A DNA stretch of 64,000 bases. Source: a virus. A program made the position numbers and the translations under genes. Location: positions 32,001 through 96,000 of the IMG/VR virus record IMGVR_UViG_3300025736_000010; one strand, 5' to 3'. Positions 8,025 through 17,590 of this stretch are shown here, one piece after another. How positions within the stretch are numbered: position 1 is the first letter of the stretch; the number at the start of each line of letters is the position of its first letter. The notes under the pieces are model-generated. The model was not told the origin of the DNA. It worked only from the letters and a program-made list of their open reading frames with translations, and did not search any database.

Positions 8025-9002
8025 ATGGATGACACAAAATACTGGAACGAATTGACGGGGACACAGGGTGTTAGCGAGCTGCTGGATCTGGATATCGATA
8101 GAACAGATTTAGTTGGTTCACCGGCCATTGGACGTAAATTTCTTTTGCTGAAATCTAATGATGGCGAACACCAAAACACAGAAGTTAAAAAGGAGGAATA
8201 CATGGACAAGCTTATCGAAGTCCTAAAAGGCCTGATTGCGCACGCCGATAACTCGGATTTTGCGGATCAAGCTGTTGATGTCTTAGATCGTTTACAGAAA
8301 TCTGAAAACGAGGAAGACGTTAATGGCTTACTCAATGACCTTGAGGCGGCATTTGGCGAAAGCGATACGATTACCAAAGAGCAGTTTGGCGAATGGGCGA
8401 CTAAGGCCGAGGCACTTATCGTAAAGGATGAAGACGAGGATGAGGAAGAAGAGGAAGTTATCGAACCTGATCCTGTCGAAAAATCCGAGGACGAAGAGTC
8501 CGACGAAGAGGAAGCCGAAGAAGAGGAGGAAGACGTAATGGATAACGAGATCGAAAAATCACTCTCGGAGAAAATCGAGAAGCAGGCTGCGGAACTTAAG
8601 TTGGCGAAGGCCGATCTTAGGAAGCAGCAAGTGGAGATTGAGTCTCTTCGTGTAGAGAAACAGCGAAAAGAATTGGTAGAGAAAGCCTCTAATGATCTTA
8701 GTCATCTAGGTAAAGCCTCTGATGAAATTGGCGATCTGCTCATGTCCCTTAGACTTGCTGGAGTTCCCGACAAGATCTTTGACGGAGTTTATGGGCTGTT
8801 GAAGTCTAATAGCGAAATGATTAAGCAAAGTGGATTCTTCAATGAATTTGGCACATCTATAGAGGAAGACGAATCTGATCCTCATGTCAAGACAATGAAG
8901 TCTGCCAAAGAGCTTGTGGCGAAAGGAGATTTCCCAACAGTAGCACAAGCATATGCGTCTATCTATAAGGAAGACCCGTCTGCTTTTGACGCTGAGGAAT
9001 AA
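8025..9002 (+). CDS. capsid scaffolding protein (N-terminal protease-tail-like segment; internal start at 8202)
   Basis: Acidic low-complexity and coiled-coil protein immediately upstream of cement and MCP; LDLDIDRTDLVGSPA..FLLLKS near the N-terminus. Confidence 0.75.
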   Translation: MDDTKYWNELTGTQGVSELLDLDIDRTDLVGSPAIGRKFLLLKSNDGEHQNTEVKKEEYMDKLIEVLKGLIAHADNSDFADQAVDVLDRLQKSENEEDVNGLLNDLEAAFGESDTITKEQFGEWATKAEALIVKDEDEDEEEEEVIEPDPVEKSEDEESDEEEAEEEEEDVMDNEIEKSLSEKIEKQAAELKLAKADLRKQQVEIESLRVEKQRKELVEKASNDLSHLGKASDEIGDLLMSLRLAGVPDKIFDGVYGLLKSNSEMIKQSGFFNEFGTSIEEDESDPHVKTMKSAKELVAKGDFPTVAQAYASIYKEDPSAFDAEE

Positions 9003-9020
9003 AAATAGGAGGATGGTTAA

Positions 9021-9413
9021 ATGTCTACTGAAAGTTTTGGCGTAAAACAGTCGTTTAAGGCTGATGCCGATTATTCAGATAAGCAATATTACCTTATGTA
9101 TATTTCAGCTTCCGAGACGGTCACTATTTGTGGCGAGAAAGGTCTTGTTATTGGAATTATGTATGGCAAGCCTGAGTTGGGCGCATACGGTGATGTTCTT
9201 ACCGCGCCAGGTGTTATGGCGAAGGTAATTGTAGGAGATACTGTTGCCGCCGGGGATTTGCTTGAGAGCGATTCTGCCGGACGGGCCGTTGCATTTACAT
9301 ACGCGAGTGGCGGAACACACGAAACTTATACTGTTGGACGAGCAGTTACAGGCGGTGCCGAGAACGGAATTATCACGGTACTAACAGGCTTTTGCCTGGC
9401 CGGGAAATCTTAA
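9021..9413 (+). CDS. capsid cement/decoration protein (DUF2190-like)
   Basis: 130-aa Gly/Ala-rich beta protein between scaffold and MCP; GD.L.SD..GRAV. Confidence 0.7.
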   Translation: MSTESFGVKQSFKADADYSDKQYYLMYISASETVTICGEKGLVIGIMYGKPELGAYGDVLTAPGVMAKVIVGDTVAAGDLLESDSAGRAVAFTYASGGTHETYTVGRAVTGGAENGIITVLTGFCLAGKS

Positions 9414-9427
9414 GGAGGCGATGACAA

Positions 9428-10444
9428 ATGACTTATATTAAGAAAACTGGAATTGCCCAACCTGGTGATGTCCATGTAGATACCGGCTTAACGATGGTTT
9501 CGGTTGCTTATAAAGAAGCTGCGGAGATGTTCCTTGCTCCTAAAGTTTTCCCGAACGTACCAGTAAAGAAGCAATCTGATCTCATCGCTAAGTTTGACAA
9601 GAATGACTGGCTCCGTAACCAGGCTAAGATTCGCGCTCCTGGCACTGAGTCTGCTGGCGGCGGGTTCGACATCGACATCTCAGATCAGTATTTCTGCGAT
9701 GTTCATGCAATGCATAATGATATTCCGCGAGAGCTTTTGGCTAACTCGGATATTGCAGACCTTTCCCCGCAGATGGCTGAGTGGGTTGTACAACAGTTGC
9801 TTATCGACCGAGAACGCGACTTTGTAACAAACTATTTTACCACAGATCTATGGGCAGACCAAACCACAGAACACGACGCTACCGGACACGCTACTAGTTC
9901 TACGTGGCCGTATTTCATCTATTTCAGTGATGGCGCAGATTCTGATCCTCTCGGAGTAATCCGAACAGGCAAGCAGAAGATCTTGTCCACGACTGGATTT
10001 GATCCTAATACACTGGTTGTTGGGCGCGAAGTGCATGATATTCTTGCACTGCATCCTGACATCAAGGAAGTGATTAAGTATACGCAGACTGGTATTGCAG
10101 ACCTTCACGGAAATGCTTTGATGGCATCTCTGTTTGGCGTTGACCGATACTTTGTTGGCAACAGCGTTTATGCCTCGAACAACGAAGGCGAGACGGCTGC
10201 TTACGCGTTTAACTTTGCAAAGAATATGCTGTTGTGTTATGTACCTAAGTCTGCCGGGCTTCTTCAGCCAGCGTCTGGGTATACATTTGAGTGGACGGGT
10301 CTTAACGGTCTCGGCTACAACACAAGCATGAGCAAGTGGTGGATGCAAAATACGCGATCATGGAGAATCGAGGGCGAAATGGCCTACGATGCTAAAATAG
10401 TTGGCAGCGACCTTGGACTATTCTTCAACGGCGCGGTTGCATAA
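9428..10444 (+). CDS. major capsid protein (HK97 fold)
   Basis: 338 aa; VHVD..LT..SVAY, FP.VPVKKQSD, RAPG, PN.LV.G, P.SGYTF, DLG.FF pattern; position. Confidence 0.85.
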   Translation: MTYIKKTGIAQPGDVHVDTGLTMVSVAYKEAAEMFLAPKVFPNVPVKKQSDLIAKFDKNDWLRNQAKIRAPGTESAGGGFDIDISDQYFCDVHAMHNDIPRELLANSDIADLSPQMAEWVVQQLLIDRERDFVTNYFTTDLWADQTTEHDATGHATSSTWPYFIYFSDGADSDPLGVIRTGKQKILSTTGFDPNTLVVGREVHDILALHPDIKEVIKYTQTGIADLHGNALMASLFGVDRYFVGNSVYASNNEGETAAYAFNFAKNMLLCYVPKSAGLLQPASGYTFEWTGLNGLGYNTSMSKWWMQNTRSWRIEGEMAYDAKIVGSDLGLFFNGAVA

Positions 10445-10465
10445 ATAAATAAGGGAGGTAATTAG

Positions 10466-10996
10466 ATGTATAAAGTACTTACGCCGTTCAACATGGGCGG
10501 AAAGAGGATCAATAGAGGCACGATGCTCGAAGATGGCGATATTGAACATAGTAGAAACTATGTATCGCTGAGAGCAGATGGATATATCGAAAAGATGGCC
10601 GACAGGTATGGCCGGGAATTCGTACCGCACTGCTATATTGCGAATCGAACGTTCACGGGAAAAGGAACAGAGTATAGGCTTAACGATTTTGTTGACCTTC
10701 GAGAAGGAGGCTGGCGAAACGAAGTCAAACTTTTAGAGTCTAAGTATCTCCGATATGCTACATTGGAAGAAGTGTTGACACACTCTCCACAAGGTTCTAT
10801 GGGGGCTACTCCCGGCCCCCTAGAGCCGCCTAAACTCTACAAGAATATAGGCTGGCTTATCAAGAGATATAAAGGTGACGGAGCTTCTATTCCAGAAATG
10901 GCTGAAGAAGCGAACTGTTCAAGATCTACACTATGGACGGCTTTGAAGAACGCAAATATTAAAACGCGATCTGTTGGACGACCGGCAGAAGCGTAA
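10466..10996 (+). CDS. post-capsid head-associated protein with C-terminal HTH
   Basis: Follows MCP; C-terminal WL..RY..G.SI.EMA.EA.CSRST. Confidence 0.55.
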   Translation: MYKVLTPFNMGGKRINRGTMLEDGDIEHSRNYVSLRADGYIEKMADRYGREFVPHCYIANRTFTGKGTEYRLNDFVDLREGGWRNEVKLLESKYLRYATLEEVLTHSPQGSMGATPGPLEPPKLYKNIGWLIKRYKGDGASIPEMAEEANCSRSTLWTALKNANIKTRSVGRPAEA

Positions 10997-11074
10997 CTAA
11001 ACTTTCCATGGAGGAAAGAGAGAATAATTAAGAAGGGGATGATGTAGGGAGGCATAGGCCCTGGGGGTAAAATA

Positions 11075-11887
11075 ATGAGTAGGCACATTGATGCGTCTAG
11101 CGAATTCTTGAGGCGCGAGTATGTCGATAACGGCAAAACTACGACTCAAATTGCAGATGAGGTTGGGTGCCATAGAACGACTATTATTAAAAGACTTAGT
11201 CGTTTTGGCATTCCAGCTAGGCGCGGGGGCTCTCCGTCGAATCATATAGATGTGTCTGATAATCTTTTAGAAATCTTGGACGGGAGTTTGTTGGGTGACG
11301 GTTCTATGGGAACTCAACATCGGACTTCTGCATACTACACGCTGGGACAAAAACACAGAAAATATATAGAATTTATGGCCAGCTACTTTAAGAGTCTCGA
11401 TGTTCCTTGTGGGAATATCTATAAACGGTATAGAGTTAACGATAGCGGCACAATAAGCAATTTGTTTTCTTTTAAGACCGCTGACTGCGTAGAACTGTTA
11501 GAACAACTAGATAGATGGTATCCACGAGGAATAAAGATTGTACCTAAGGATGTTAGATTAACGCCATTAGCAATGAGAACGTGGTTTCTAGAAGATGGTT
11601 CTTTTTACACGAAAGGTGGATGCACTTTGGGCACAATTAGACTACATACGAATTGGTTCACAGAAGAAGATGTTCGTATGCTTATAGATAGGCTAAAAAT
11701 CTTACTAAACACACCACGAATCAACTTTAGGTTGAGCAAAGGAAAATACCCAGAAATACAATTTGGGCACAAAGATGCAGTACAGAAGTTTTTTGACTAT
11801 ATTGGGCCTTTTCCGAAAGAACTTTATAAGGATTATGGCTATAAAATGTTAGATAATCGGGATTTCATCGAGAAAGAAGCAAATTAG
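11075..11887 (+). CDS. LAGLIDADG homing endonuclease with N-terminal HTH
   Basis: ILDGSLLGDG and TPLAMRTWFLEDGS motifs. Confidence 0.85.
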   Translation: MSRHIDASSEFLRREYVDNGKTTTQIADEVGCHRTTIIKRLSRFGIPARRGGSPSNHIDVSDNLLEILDGSLLGDGSMGTQHRTSAYYTLGQKHRKYIEFMASYFKSLDVPCGNIYKRYRVNDSGTISNLFSFKTADCVELLEQLDRWYPRGIKIVPKDVRLTPLAMRTWFLEDGSFYTKGGCTLGTIRLHTNWFTEEDVRMLIDRLKILLNTPRINFRLSKGKYPEIQFGHKDAVQKFFDYIGPFPKELYKDYGYKMLDNRDFIEKEAN

Positions 11888-11938
11888 AACGGAAGATAAT
11901 GTTGGGAGGCATAGGCTTCTAGGAGTTGAGGCGAATAT

Positions 11939-14275
11939 ATGAGCATAACAAGGAAAGACTTAGGCGAATGGGTGGTCGGGGATTTAACCGTCGCCGACGA
12001 CATGACAATCGGGGGGGATATTGATCTTGCTGGCGACATCGAGATCTTAGGACAATTTACTATTGTAGACACACTGGCTACTGGGAAAGCGTTCAGCGTT
12101 GACGTTGATGTTGCATTGGCTAGCGATGCGTATGTATATGGTATTGACGTAGACTTACAACAGACAGCAGCGTTTGCTGCCGGTACATGGTCTACTAGCG
12201 GCGGAATGATTGGTGTAAGATCCGATCTCCATGTTGATATGAAAATTACTGAGGCATACGCTGGATATTTTAATGTATACATAGATCCTGCGGCAACATG
12301 CACTCTAAACGACATGCTAGGTGTGTTCGGGCGAATAACGATTGTTGGCCCTGTTACAGCAGGTGCTGCGTCTAGCCAGATTGCTGCGTTACGCGGTAGC
12401 ATTGCCAACACGAGCACTGGAACTTACGATGGGCAGGTATTTGCACTGTCGTTGGACTACGGCTCTGATATCAATTATGGGAACACTACCGCGTTGATTT
12501 ATATGTGGACACATGGTAATGCGTATTGCGACTACGGAATGTATCTCGATAACTGGTCTCCGTACATGACGGCAGGTATTGCGTTGGCGGAAACAGCAGG
12601 ATCATCTCCAGCTATGGGCCATGGTATCTTAATCACGGCGGCCTGTACCACCGCAGCGATTCAAACCGGCGTAAGTGGAACTCCGGCAGGAGACACGATC
12701 TTCTACGGCACCACCGCTACAACCTATCTACATTGGGATGCAAGCGAAGACGATCTACTTCTAGTCGGAGCAGCAACTCAACTTGCTGTTGCTGGAGACA
12801 CAGACTCTTCAAGCACTACAACTGGTTCTCTGCGAACAGCAGGTGGGCTTGGTGTAGTTAAAACGCTGTATGTCGGAACTGGCGCAGATATTACAGGGAG
12901 CCTTGCGGTTGACGGCACTCTTGTTGTTCTTGATGGCGCTACGTCTACGCGAGAAATTAGTGCTGGATTTACGAGTCACGAATCTCCGGCGAACCGTTTT
13001 GGTCTAAATGCAACTGAATATATGCAGATTGCGACTGCCGTAACGACTGGAATTACTTTAATTACACATACGGGCTCAGGCGCTACTGTGACATGGACCG
13101 TCCCAACAATGAGTTTGGTTGCCAATACATCAGTTACTGGAACGCTTGGAGTTTCAGGCACGTTGTCCGCAGGATTGGACGCGACTGCTGGAACGATTGA
13201 ACTCTATCCTGGAACAACTAATACAGGAACGACTACAATCACTATGTCCGACAATACTGGCGATACTATCACGAATATCAACGTTGCTCTTCAGGCTGCC
13301 GCACGGACTTATACAATTCCTGACGCTGGCGCAGATGCTGCGTTCTTGATGACGGATTCTTACAAGACTTGGTGGCCTTTTGCTATCGGTCTTGCCGGTG
13401 AGGATACTGACGGGGCTGCAACTAATGGTGCTGGAATGGCTGGTGGCGTTGTAGATCTGACTACGCACACTTACAATACTGGTGCATATGGTGCAGCAGA
13501 TGTTATGTGTTTGGCTTACGACCATGGCACAACTACATGGGAAGACCTTAAAGCATCTAGTTCGTTGACAGGATGGACTGACGACTATCAGTTCCAACCG
13601 GATGCTGGATCTGAGGAAGCCAACGATGCGTTTGCTGTGGGAATGACTACTAGGTTCTGCGAGATTGCTTTTACTGATCTTTCGACGGGGTCTGGTGCCG
13701 TGGCGACATATTCTAACGATGCTGGCAAGTGGCAGTATTCTACTGGCGCAGGCACATGGTCTGATTTGACAGTGTACGATGGAACAGACTCGACAGCACA
13801 AGATGGCCTGCGGCCTCTTCAACGAATTGGGGCGATTTCGTTTGCTCCGCCTTCTGATTGGGCTACGGCTACTTATGATACCGACAAGACAGGATATTGG
13901 ATTCAGTGGGTTTGCACCGCCGCCGCGATCACTGCGTGTGGTGTTGCTGGCGCTGTTACGGTTCCTTGCGCTGTTATCCCGAATGCAGATGCCTTCGACA
14001 CTCCGTTCAAGGCAACTATCGGAGAAGTGCGAGCGACTGATATGGGCATTACAGTACATGACCAAATAGTAAAGTTTGTTGTTGGAAACTTTACCACAGG
14101 AATCTTCTCGCAAGAGTTTTCGTGGACTGCTTCTCAGTACAACGATACATTCACCCCCACAACGCCACTGGCTGTTGCTGCGGATGACATTGTCGGAATC
14201 TGTATTACTGATGATACAGCATCTACTGTGAACCCAGTGATTCAAATAGAGCTTGAGGCAACGTACTTAAACTAG
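11939..14275 (+). CDS. large virion structural/fibre-like protein
   Basis: 778 aa rich in Thr/Ala/Gly/Asp; TTGSLRTAGGLGV fibre motif. Confidence 0.65.
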   Translation: MSITRKDLGEWVVGDLTVADDMTIGGDIDLAGDIEILGQFTIVDTLATGKAFSVDVDVALASDAYVYGIDVDLQQTAAFAAGTWSTSGGMIGVRSDLHVDMKITEAYAGYFNVYIDPAATCTLNDMLGVFGRITIVGPVTAGAASSQIAALRGSIANTSTGTYDGQVFALSLDYGSDINYGNTTALIYMWTHGNAYCDYGMYLDNWSPYMTAGIALAETAGSSPAMGHGILITAACTTAAIQTGVSGTPAGDTIFYGTTATTYLHWDASEDDLLLVGAATQLAVAGDTDSSSTTTGSLRTAGGLGVVKTLYVGTGADITGSLAVDGTLVVLDGATSTREISAGFTSHESPANRFGLNATEYMQIATAVTTGITLITHTGSGATVTWTVPTMSLVANTSVTGTLGVSGTLSAGLDATAGTIELYPGTTNTGTTTITMSDNTGDTITNINVALQAAARTYTIPDAGADAAFLMTDSYKTWWPFAIGLAGEDTDGAATNGAGMAGGVVDLTTHTYNTGAYGAADVMCLAYDHGTTTWEDLKASSSLTGWTDDYQFQPDAGSEEANDAFAVGMTTRFCEIAFTDLSTGSGAVATYSNDAGKWQYSTGAGTWSDLTVYDGTDSTAQDGLRPLQRIGAISFAPPSDWATATYDTDKTGYWIQWVCTAAAITACGVAGAVTVPCAVIPNADAFDTPFKATIGEVRATDMGITVHDQIVKFVVGNFTTGIFSQEFSWTASQYNDTFTPTTPLAVAADDIVGICITDDTASTVNPVIQIELEATYLN

Positions 14276-14282
14276 GATTAAC

Positions 14283-14306
14283 TGGCGGGGTGTAAAAGCC
14301 CCGTCA
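14283..14306 (+). terminator. GC hairpin (terminator-like)
   Basis: TGGCGGGG-loop-CCCCGTCA; weak U tract. Confidence 0.5.
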
Positions 14307-14314
14307 ATATTACC

Positions 14315-14343
14315 TTGACAAACATGAAGATTTATAGTATAAT
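14315..14343 (+). promoter_or_regulatory. sigma70-type promoter
   Basis: TTGACA-17-TATAAT. Confidence 0.8.
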
Positions 14344-14379
14344 TGACATACAAATAAAAGTAGTAGGGAGAGTGAAAAG

Positions 14380-14850
14380 ATGTTGAAGGGTTTGAAAGTG
14401 CTTGACCGATGGAATCTTGTAAGCCTTTTGCCAGAAAAGGGCGGATTGCATACACAGCTTATTGTGCAGAAACTGCGTGAGAAGTTGTTGATGGATGCAG
14501 ATGAAGTAGAGGAACTTGGGCTAACTACTGGCGTGATTCACGAGGAGTGCGGAAACCCAGTACAGAACATTGGTTCAGAGTCGGAGCCGAAATACCACTG
14601 TCTCGTATGTGACAAGGTGATCACAGACACTAAAGGTTCTCCAGGACAAACTATATGGAATGCTGCAAAAGACGTTGGCGTCGATATAGAACTAAAAAAG
14701 GCAGAGCGCGGTATTTTTATTGAAGTATTTGCCGAGCTAGACAAGGGCGGGGAAGTAACACCACAACATGTTGCAGTTTGGAATTTACTGGAAAAGGGCT
14801 ACCCGAAAGCATTTACGCCGCCAGATAATGACGACGAAGAAGAGGAGTAA
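14380..14850 (+). CDS. hypothetical protein (possible zinc ribbon / fibre chaperone)
   Basis: GGGAG RBS; HxxC...CxxC. Confidence 0.6.
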   Translation: MLKGLKVLDRWNLVSLLPEKGGLHTQLIVQKLREKLLMDADEVEELGLTTGVIHEECGNPVQNIGSESEPKYHCLVCDKVITDTKGSPGQTIWNAAKDVGVDIELKKAERGIFIEVFAELDKGGEVTPQHVAVWNLLEKGYPKAFTPPDNDDEEEE

Positions 14851-14859
14851 TAACGAGAA

Positions 14860-15774
14860 ATGAAATATCCCAATAGGGACGAACTTATAGCTAAAGCGAA
14901 AGAGCTGCGGGAAGGCGGTCTTAGTTATAGGGCTATTGCCTCCGCGCTTGGCGTTAAAGCTCATATAACAATAATACACTGGCTAAATCCAGCAGTTCGT
15001 GCAAATAAAGCTCGGTATAGAGAAGAAAACAAGGATAAAGTTAGAGAACAAGACCGCATAAACTCTGCTCGTTGGTATAATGAAAATAAGGATAGGGCTA
15101 GAAAAACGCAAGAAGCTTATCGTCTTACTCACAAAGATGAATTAAGTGCATTAAACAAAAAGTATCGAGCTGGGCATAAAGATGAATTAAAAACAAAGAG
15201 GTCTCTATACTACGCCGAGAACAAAGATGAAATATGTGCTAATAGCCTGGCTTATTATTATGAACACAAGGACGAGTGTGATACCAGGAGTAGGCATTGG
15301 TTCTCAGAGCATAAAAACGATCCAGGATTGCTGGCAAAACGGAAAGAATATCAGGAAAGAAATAAGGGGAAAATACGTATTAGGAAGAAAGAATATAATA
15401 AAGTGCATAAACAAGAAATCCTCGAACGCAACAGAAAGAGGAAAACGCTGATAAAAACTGGAGATACGATAATAGAAGATCAATACAGTGCTGTTTGGGA
15501 AGAACAAAACGGATGTTGTTTTTATTGTGGAGAACCGATGATTCGCGATGGGAATTGCTATGCGGATAACTATTATAACGTTGAACACATAAATCCGATC
15601 TCAAATGGTGGCTGGCACCAACTAAGCAATATTGTGTATGCTTGTAGGAAATGTAACTCAAAAAAAGGCAAGAAATTAGTTGAGGTCTGGATGCCTGGCA
15701 TTATAAATAAAATCAGGTCTAATCCAAGGCTTAGATACGATATTGAAGAGGCGCACATGCGCTGGCTAGTATAG
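14860..15774 (+). CDS. HNH endonuclease with HTH and Tyr-repeat arm
   Basis: CFYCG..VEHINPISNGG.H..NIV.ACRKCN.KKG. Confidence 0.85.
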   Translation: MKYPNRDELIAKAKELREGGLSYRAIASALGVKAHITIIHWLNPAVRANKARYREENKDKVREQDRINSARWYNENKDRARKTQEAYRLTHKDELSALNKKYRAGHKDELKTKRSLYYAENKDEICANSLAYYYEHKDECDTRSRHWFSEHKNDPGLLAKRKEYQERNKGKIRIRKKEYNKVHKQEILERNRKRKTLIKTGDTIIEDQYSAVWEEQNGCCFYCGEPMIRDGNCYADNYYNVEHINPISNGGWHQLSNIVYACRKCNSKKGKKLVEVWMPGIINKIRSNPRLRYDIEEAHMRWLV

Positions 15775-15784
15775 GAGGTATGAG

Positions 15785-15988
15785 ATGGCTAGAGGAAACG
15801 GACAAGGCCCTCAAGAGAGAGGCCCCAAAACTGGTAGAGGGCTTGGAGATTGCGAGCCTAAAACTGAAACAGAACGAACATCTGTTTATGAACGAGGAGC
15901 TGGAAATGGTGGCTGGCAGAGACAAGGTGGAGGGGGAAAGCGTGACGGATCTGGCGGCGGACGCGGGTTAAACCGACGAGGTCGATAA
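15785..15988 (+). CDS. DUF5320-like Gly/Arg-rich small protein
   Basis: MARGNGQGP..RGP.TGRGLG.C pattern; GGAGGT RBS at suitable spacing. Confidence 0.65.
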   Translation: MARGNGQGPQERGPKTGRGLGDCEPKTETERTSVYERGAGNGGWQRQGGGGKRDGSGGGRGLNRRGR

Positions 15989-15990
15989 GT

Positions 15991-16266
15991 ATGACAGATA
16001 AGAAAAAGATGACGCCAGCGGGGATTTTACAAGCAATTCTTGGTGACGACCCTAAGACGATTATAAGCGCAATCAGGGGTAAACGCGCAAAGCGACTTGG
16101 AAAGAAAATTCCGCCGGATAAATATAAGAAGCGAACCGTTGGACTAAATAAAGACGGAAAGCCAGTTGTGAAGAAGACCGAATATACAAAGGTTCATTTG
16201 GATAAGGTTGCTGCCGCTAAAAAGGCCGCCGCTAAAAAGACTAAGAAAGTTAAGAAGGAGGAATAA
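15991..16266 (+). CDS. basic Lys-rich protein
   Basis: AAAKKAAAKKTKK tail; GAGGT RBS. Confidence 0.6.
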   Translation: MTDKKKMTPAGILQAILGDDPKTIISAIRGKRAKRLGKKIPPDKYKKRTVGLNKDGKPVVKKTEYTKVHLDKVAAAKKAAAKKTKKVKKEE

Positions 16267-16267
16267 A

Positions 16268-16834
16268 ATGGGAATAGTAAAATACGGGTCAAAGCTTGTT
16301 ACAGGAAAATCGCAAAATAGCGGAGCGTCAGGCATTCCTGTAGGTACTGGCGTTACAGCAATTGATGGGTCTGGAGTTGTTCACAAAACTGTTATTGATC
16401 TCAGTTCTGTTGCAATGACTGGGACTGATAATACGATTATGTGGTTTGCGGAAGAAATATTTAATGCTCCCGCCGGAAGCACTCTGATTTTAGGCGCTAT
16501 TGCTGACCTAACGATCTTGGGATCGGACGGCGTAAAGACCGGAGCTGAAGGGGACTTTGGCCTCGGCTCAATAACCTGCGACGTTGCCGGGGCTCTTAGT
16601 GGCCTGGATCAAGATATAATTCCCAGCACTGGGATTACTCTTTCATCCTTCACAGTTGATGTTACAGGAAGGAGCGCGGCAATAATCAGTAGCGGCGCTC
16701 CATATGACGGCTCAAGCACTGCGACGAAGGTATGGCTCAATTGCATAATTGACTCAGGAGACTTCACGACTACTGGCGTACTTACAGTTACAGGTACTGT
16801 TACGCTTACATGGTGCAGCTTCGGCGACTACTAG
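16268..16834 (+). CDS. virion structural protein
   Basis: GGAGG RBS at ATG 16268; beta-rich Gly/Thr/Ser composition. Confidence 0.6.
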   Translation: MGIVKYGSKLVTGKSQNSGASGIPVGTGVTAIDGSGVVHKTVIDLSSVAMTGTDNTIMWFAEEIFNAPAGSTLILGAIADLTILGSDGVKTGAEGDFGLGSITCDVAGALSGLDQDIIPSTGITLSSFTVDVTGRSAAIISSGAPYDGSSTATKVWLNCIIDSGDFTTTGVLTVTGTVTLTWCSFGDY

Positions 16835-16847
16835 GAAGAGGTGAGCT

Positions 16848-17225
16848 ATGGCCAATGAAGTAACTAACGGAAAAGCAGGCTCGCTTAAAACGGTTACGTG
16901 GACAAACGCTACTACGACTAACGTTACTCCAGATACTGATTTTGAGATCGATTTACGCAATTCTGACTATTGCACAATCCAACTAGACTCTACAGCGACG
17001 GCGAGCACTTCTTCTAGTATTGATTGCAACGTGTGGGCTAGCAATGACGGCGTTGTGTGGGATACACTAGCGAGATGGGACGGATATGATACACTTGCGG
17101 ATAATAAAATCCATTCATTCGCAATTACTCTCGGTGCTGCGTTTGTCAGACTGCGTTTGGATAACAACACTGGCTCCAGTAGGGCAGATGTTACAGCTCG
17201 CGTATGGATTGGTTTGAAGAAATAG
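16848..17225 (+). CDS. virion structural protein (jelly-roll-like)
   Basis: GAGGT RBS; SNDG..W...VRLR pattern. Confidence 0.6.
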   Translation: MANEVTNGKAGSLKTVTWTNATTTNVTPDTDFEIDLRNSDYCTIQLDSTATASTSSSIDCNVWASNDGVVWDTLARWDGYDTLADNKIHSFAITLGAAFVRLRLDNNTGSSRADVTARVWIGLKK

Positions 17226-17260
17226 TTTAGGCGCGGCTTAATTATAGCGACAGGAGACAG

Positions 17261-17563
17261 ATGGTAAGAATAAGGCCAGAACAGATTCGCGGACGAGTGC
17301 TATCGACTCCACCTACAAATCCGTCAGAAGAAGATCTCTATCTAGACGACGGAACAAATACAGCGTCTGGAACATTAGGATTTAGGCGATATGACGGAAG
17401 CGCGTGGGAAGATTTCGGCCTGCAATCTGGGGCTGGATCTGAAACACTTGAAGGGTTAACTGATGTTAGCATAACAAGCGTAGCTAATAGCAATCGTCTT
17501 GTTTATGATAGCGCGAGTAGCAAATGGAAAAACGAGGACGTTATTGATGGCGGAAGTTTCTAG
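17261..17563 (+). CDS. small fibre-associated protein
   Basis: L..LTDV.I...LVYD...KWKN motif, C-terminal IDGGSF. Confidence 0.65.
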   Translation: MVRIRPEQIRGRVLSTPPTNPSEEDLYLDDGTNTASGTLGFRRYDGSAWEDFGLQSGAGSETLEGLTDVSITSVANSNRLVYDSASSKWKNEDVIDGGSF

Positions 17564-17590
17564 AAACAATATTAAAGGAGGATATGAATA

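Noticed and set aside
13154-14245. 363-aa minus-strand ORF
   Set aside because: In-register shadow of a codon-biased structural gene; no RBS or promoter, non-protein-like composition
15780-15971. Alternative overlapping 63-aa ORF
   Set aside because: ATG abuts the SD; the 15785 frame has proper spacing and a recognisable motif
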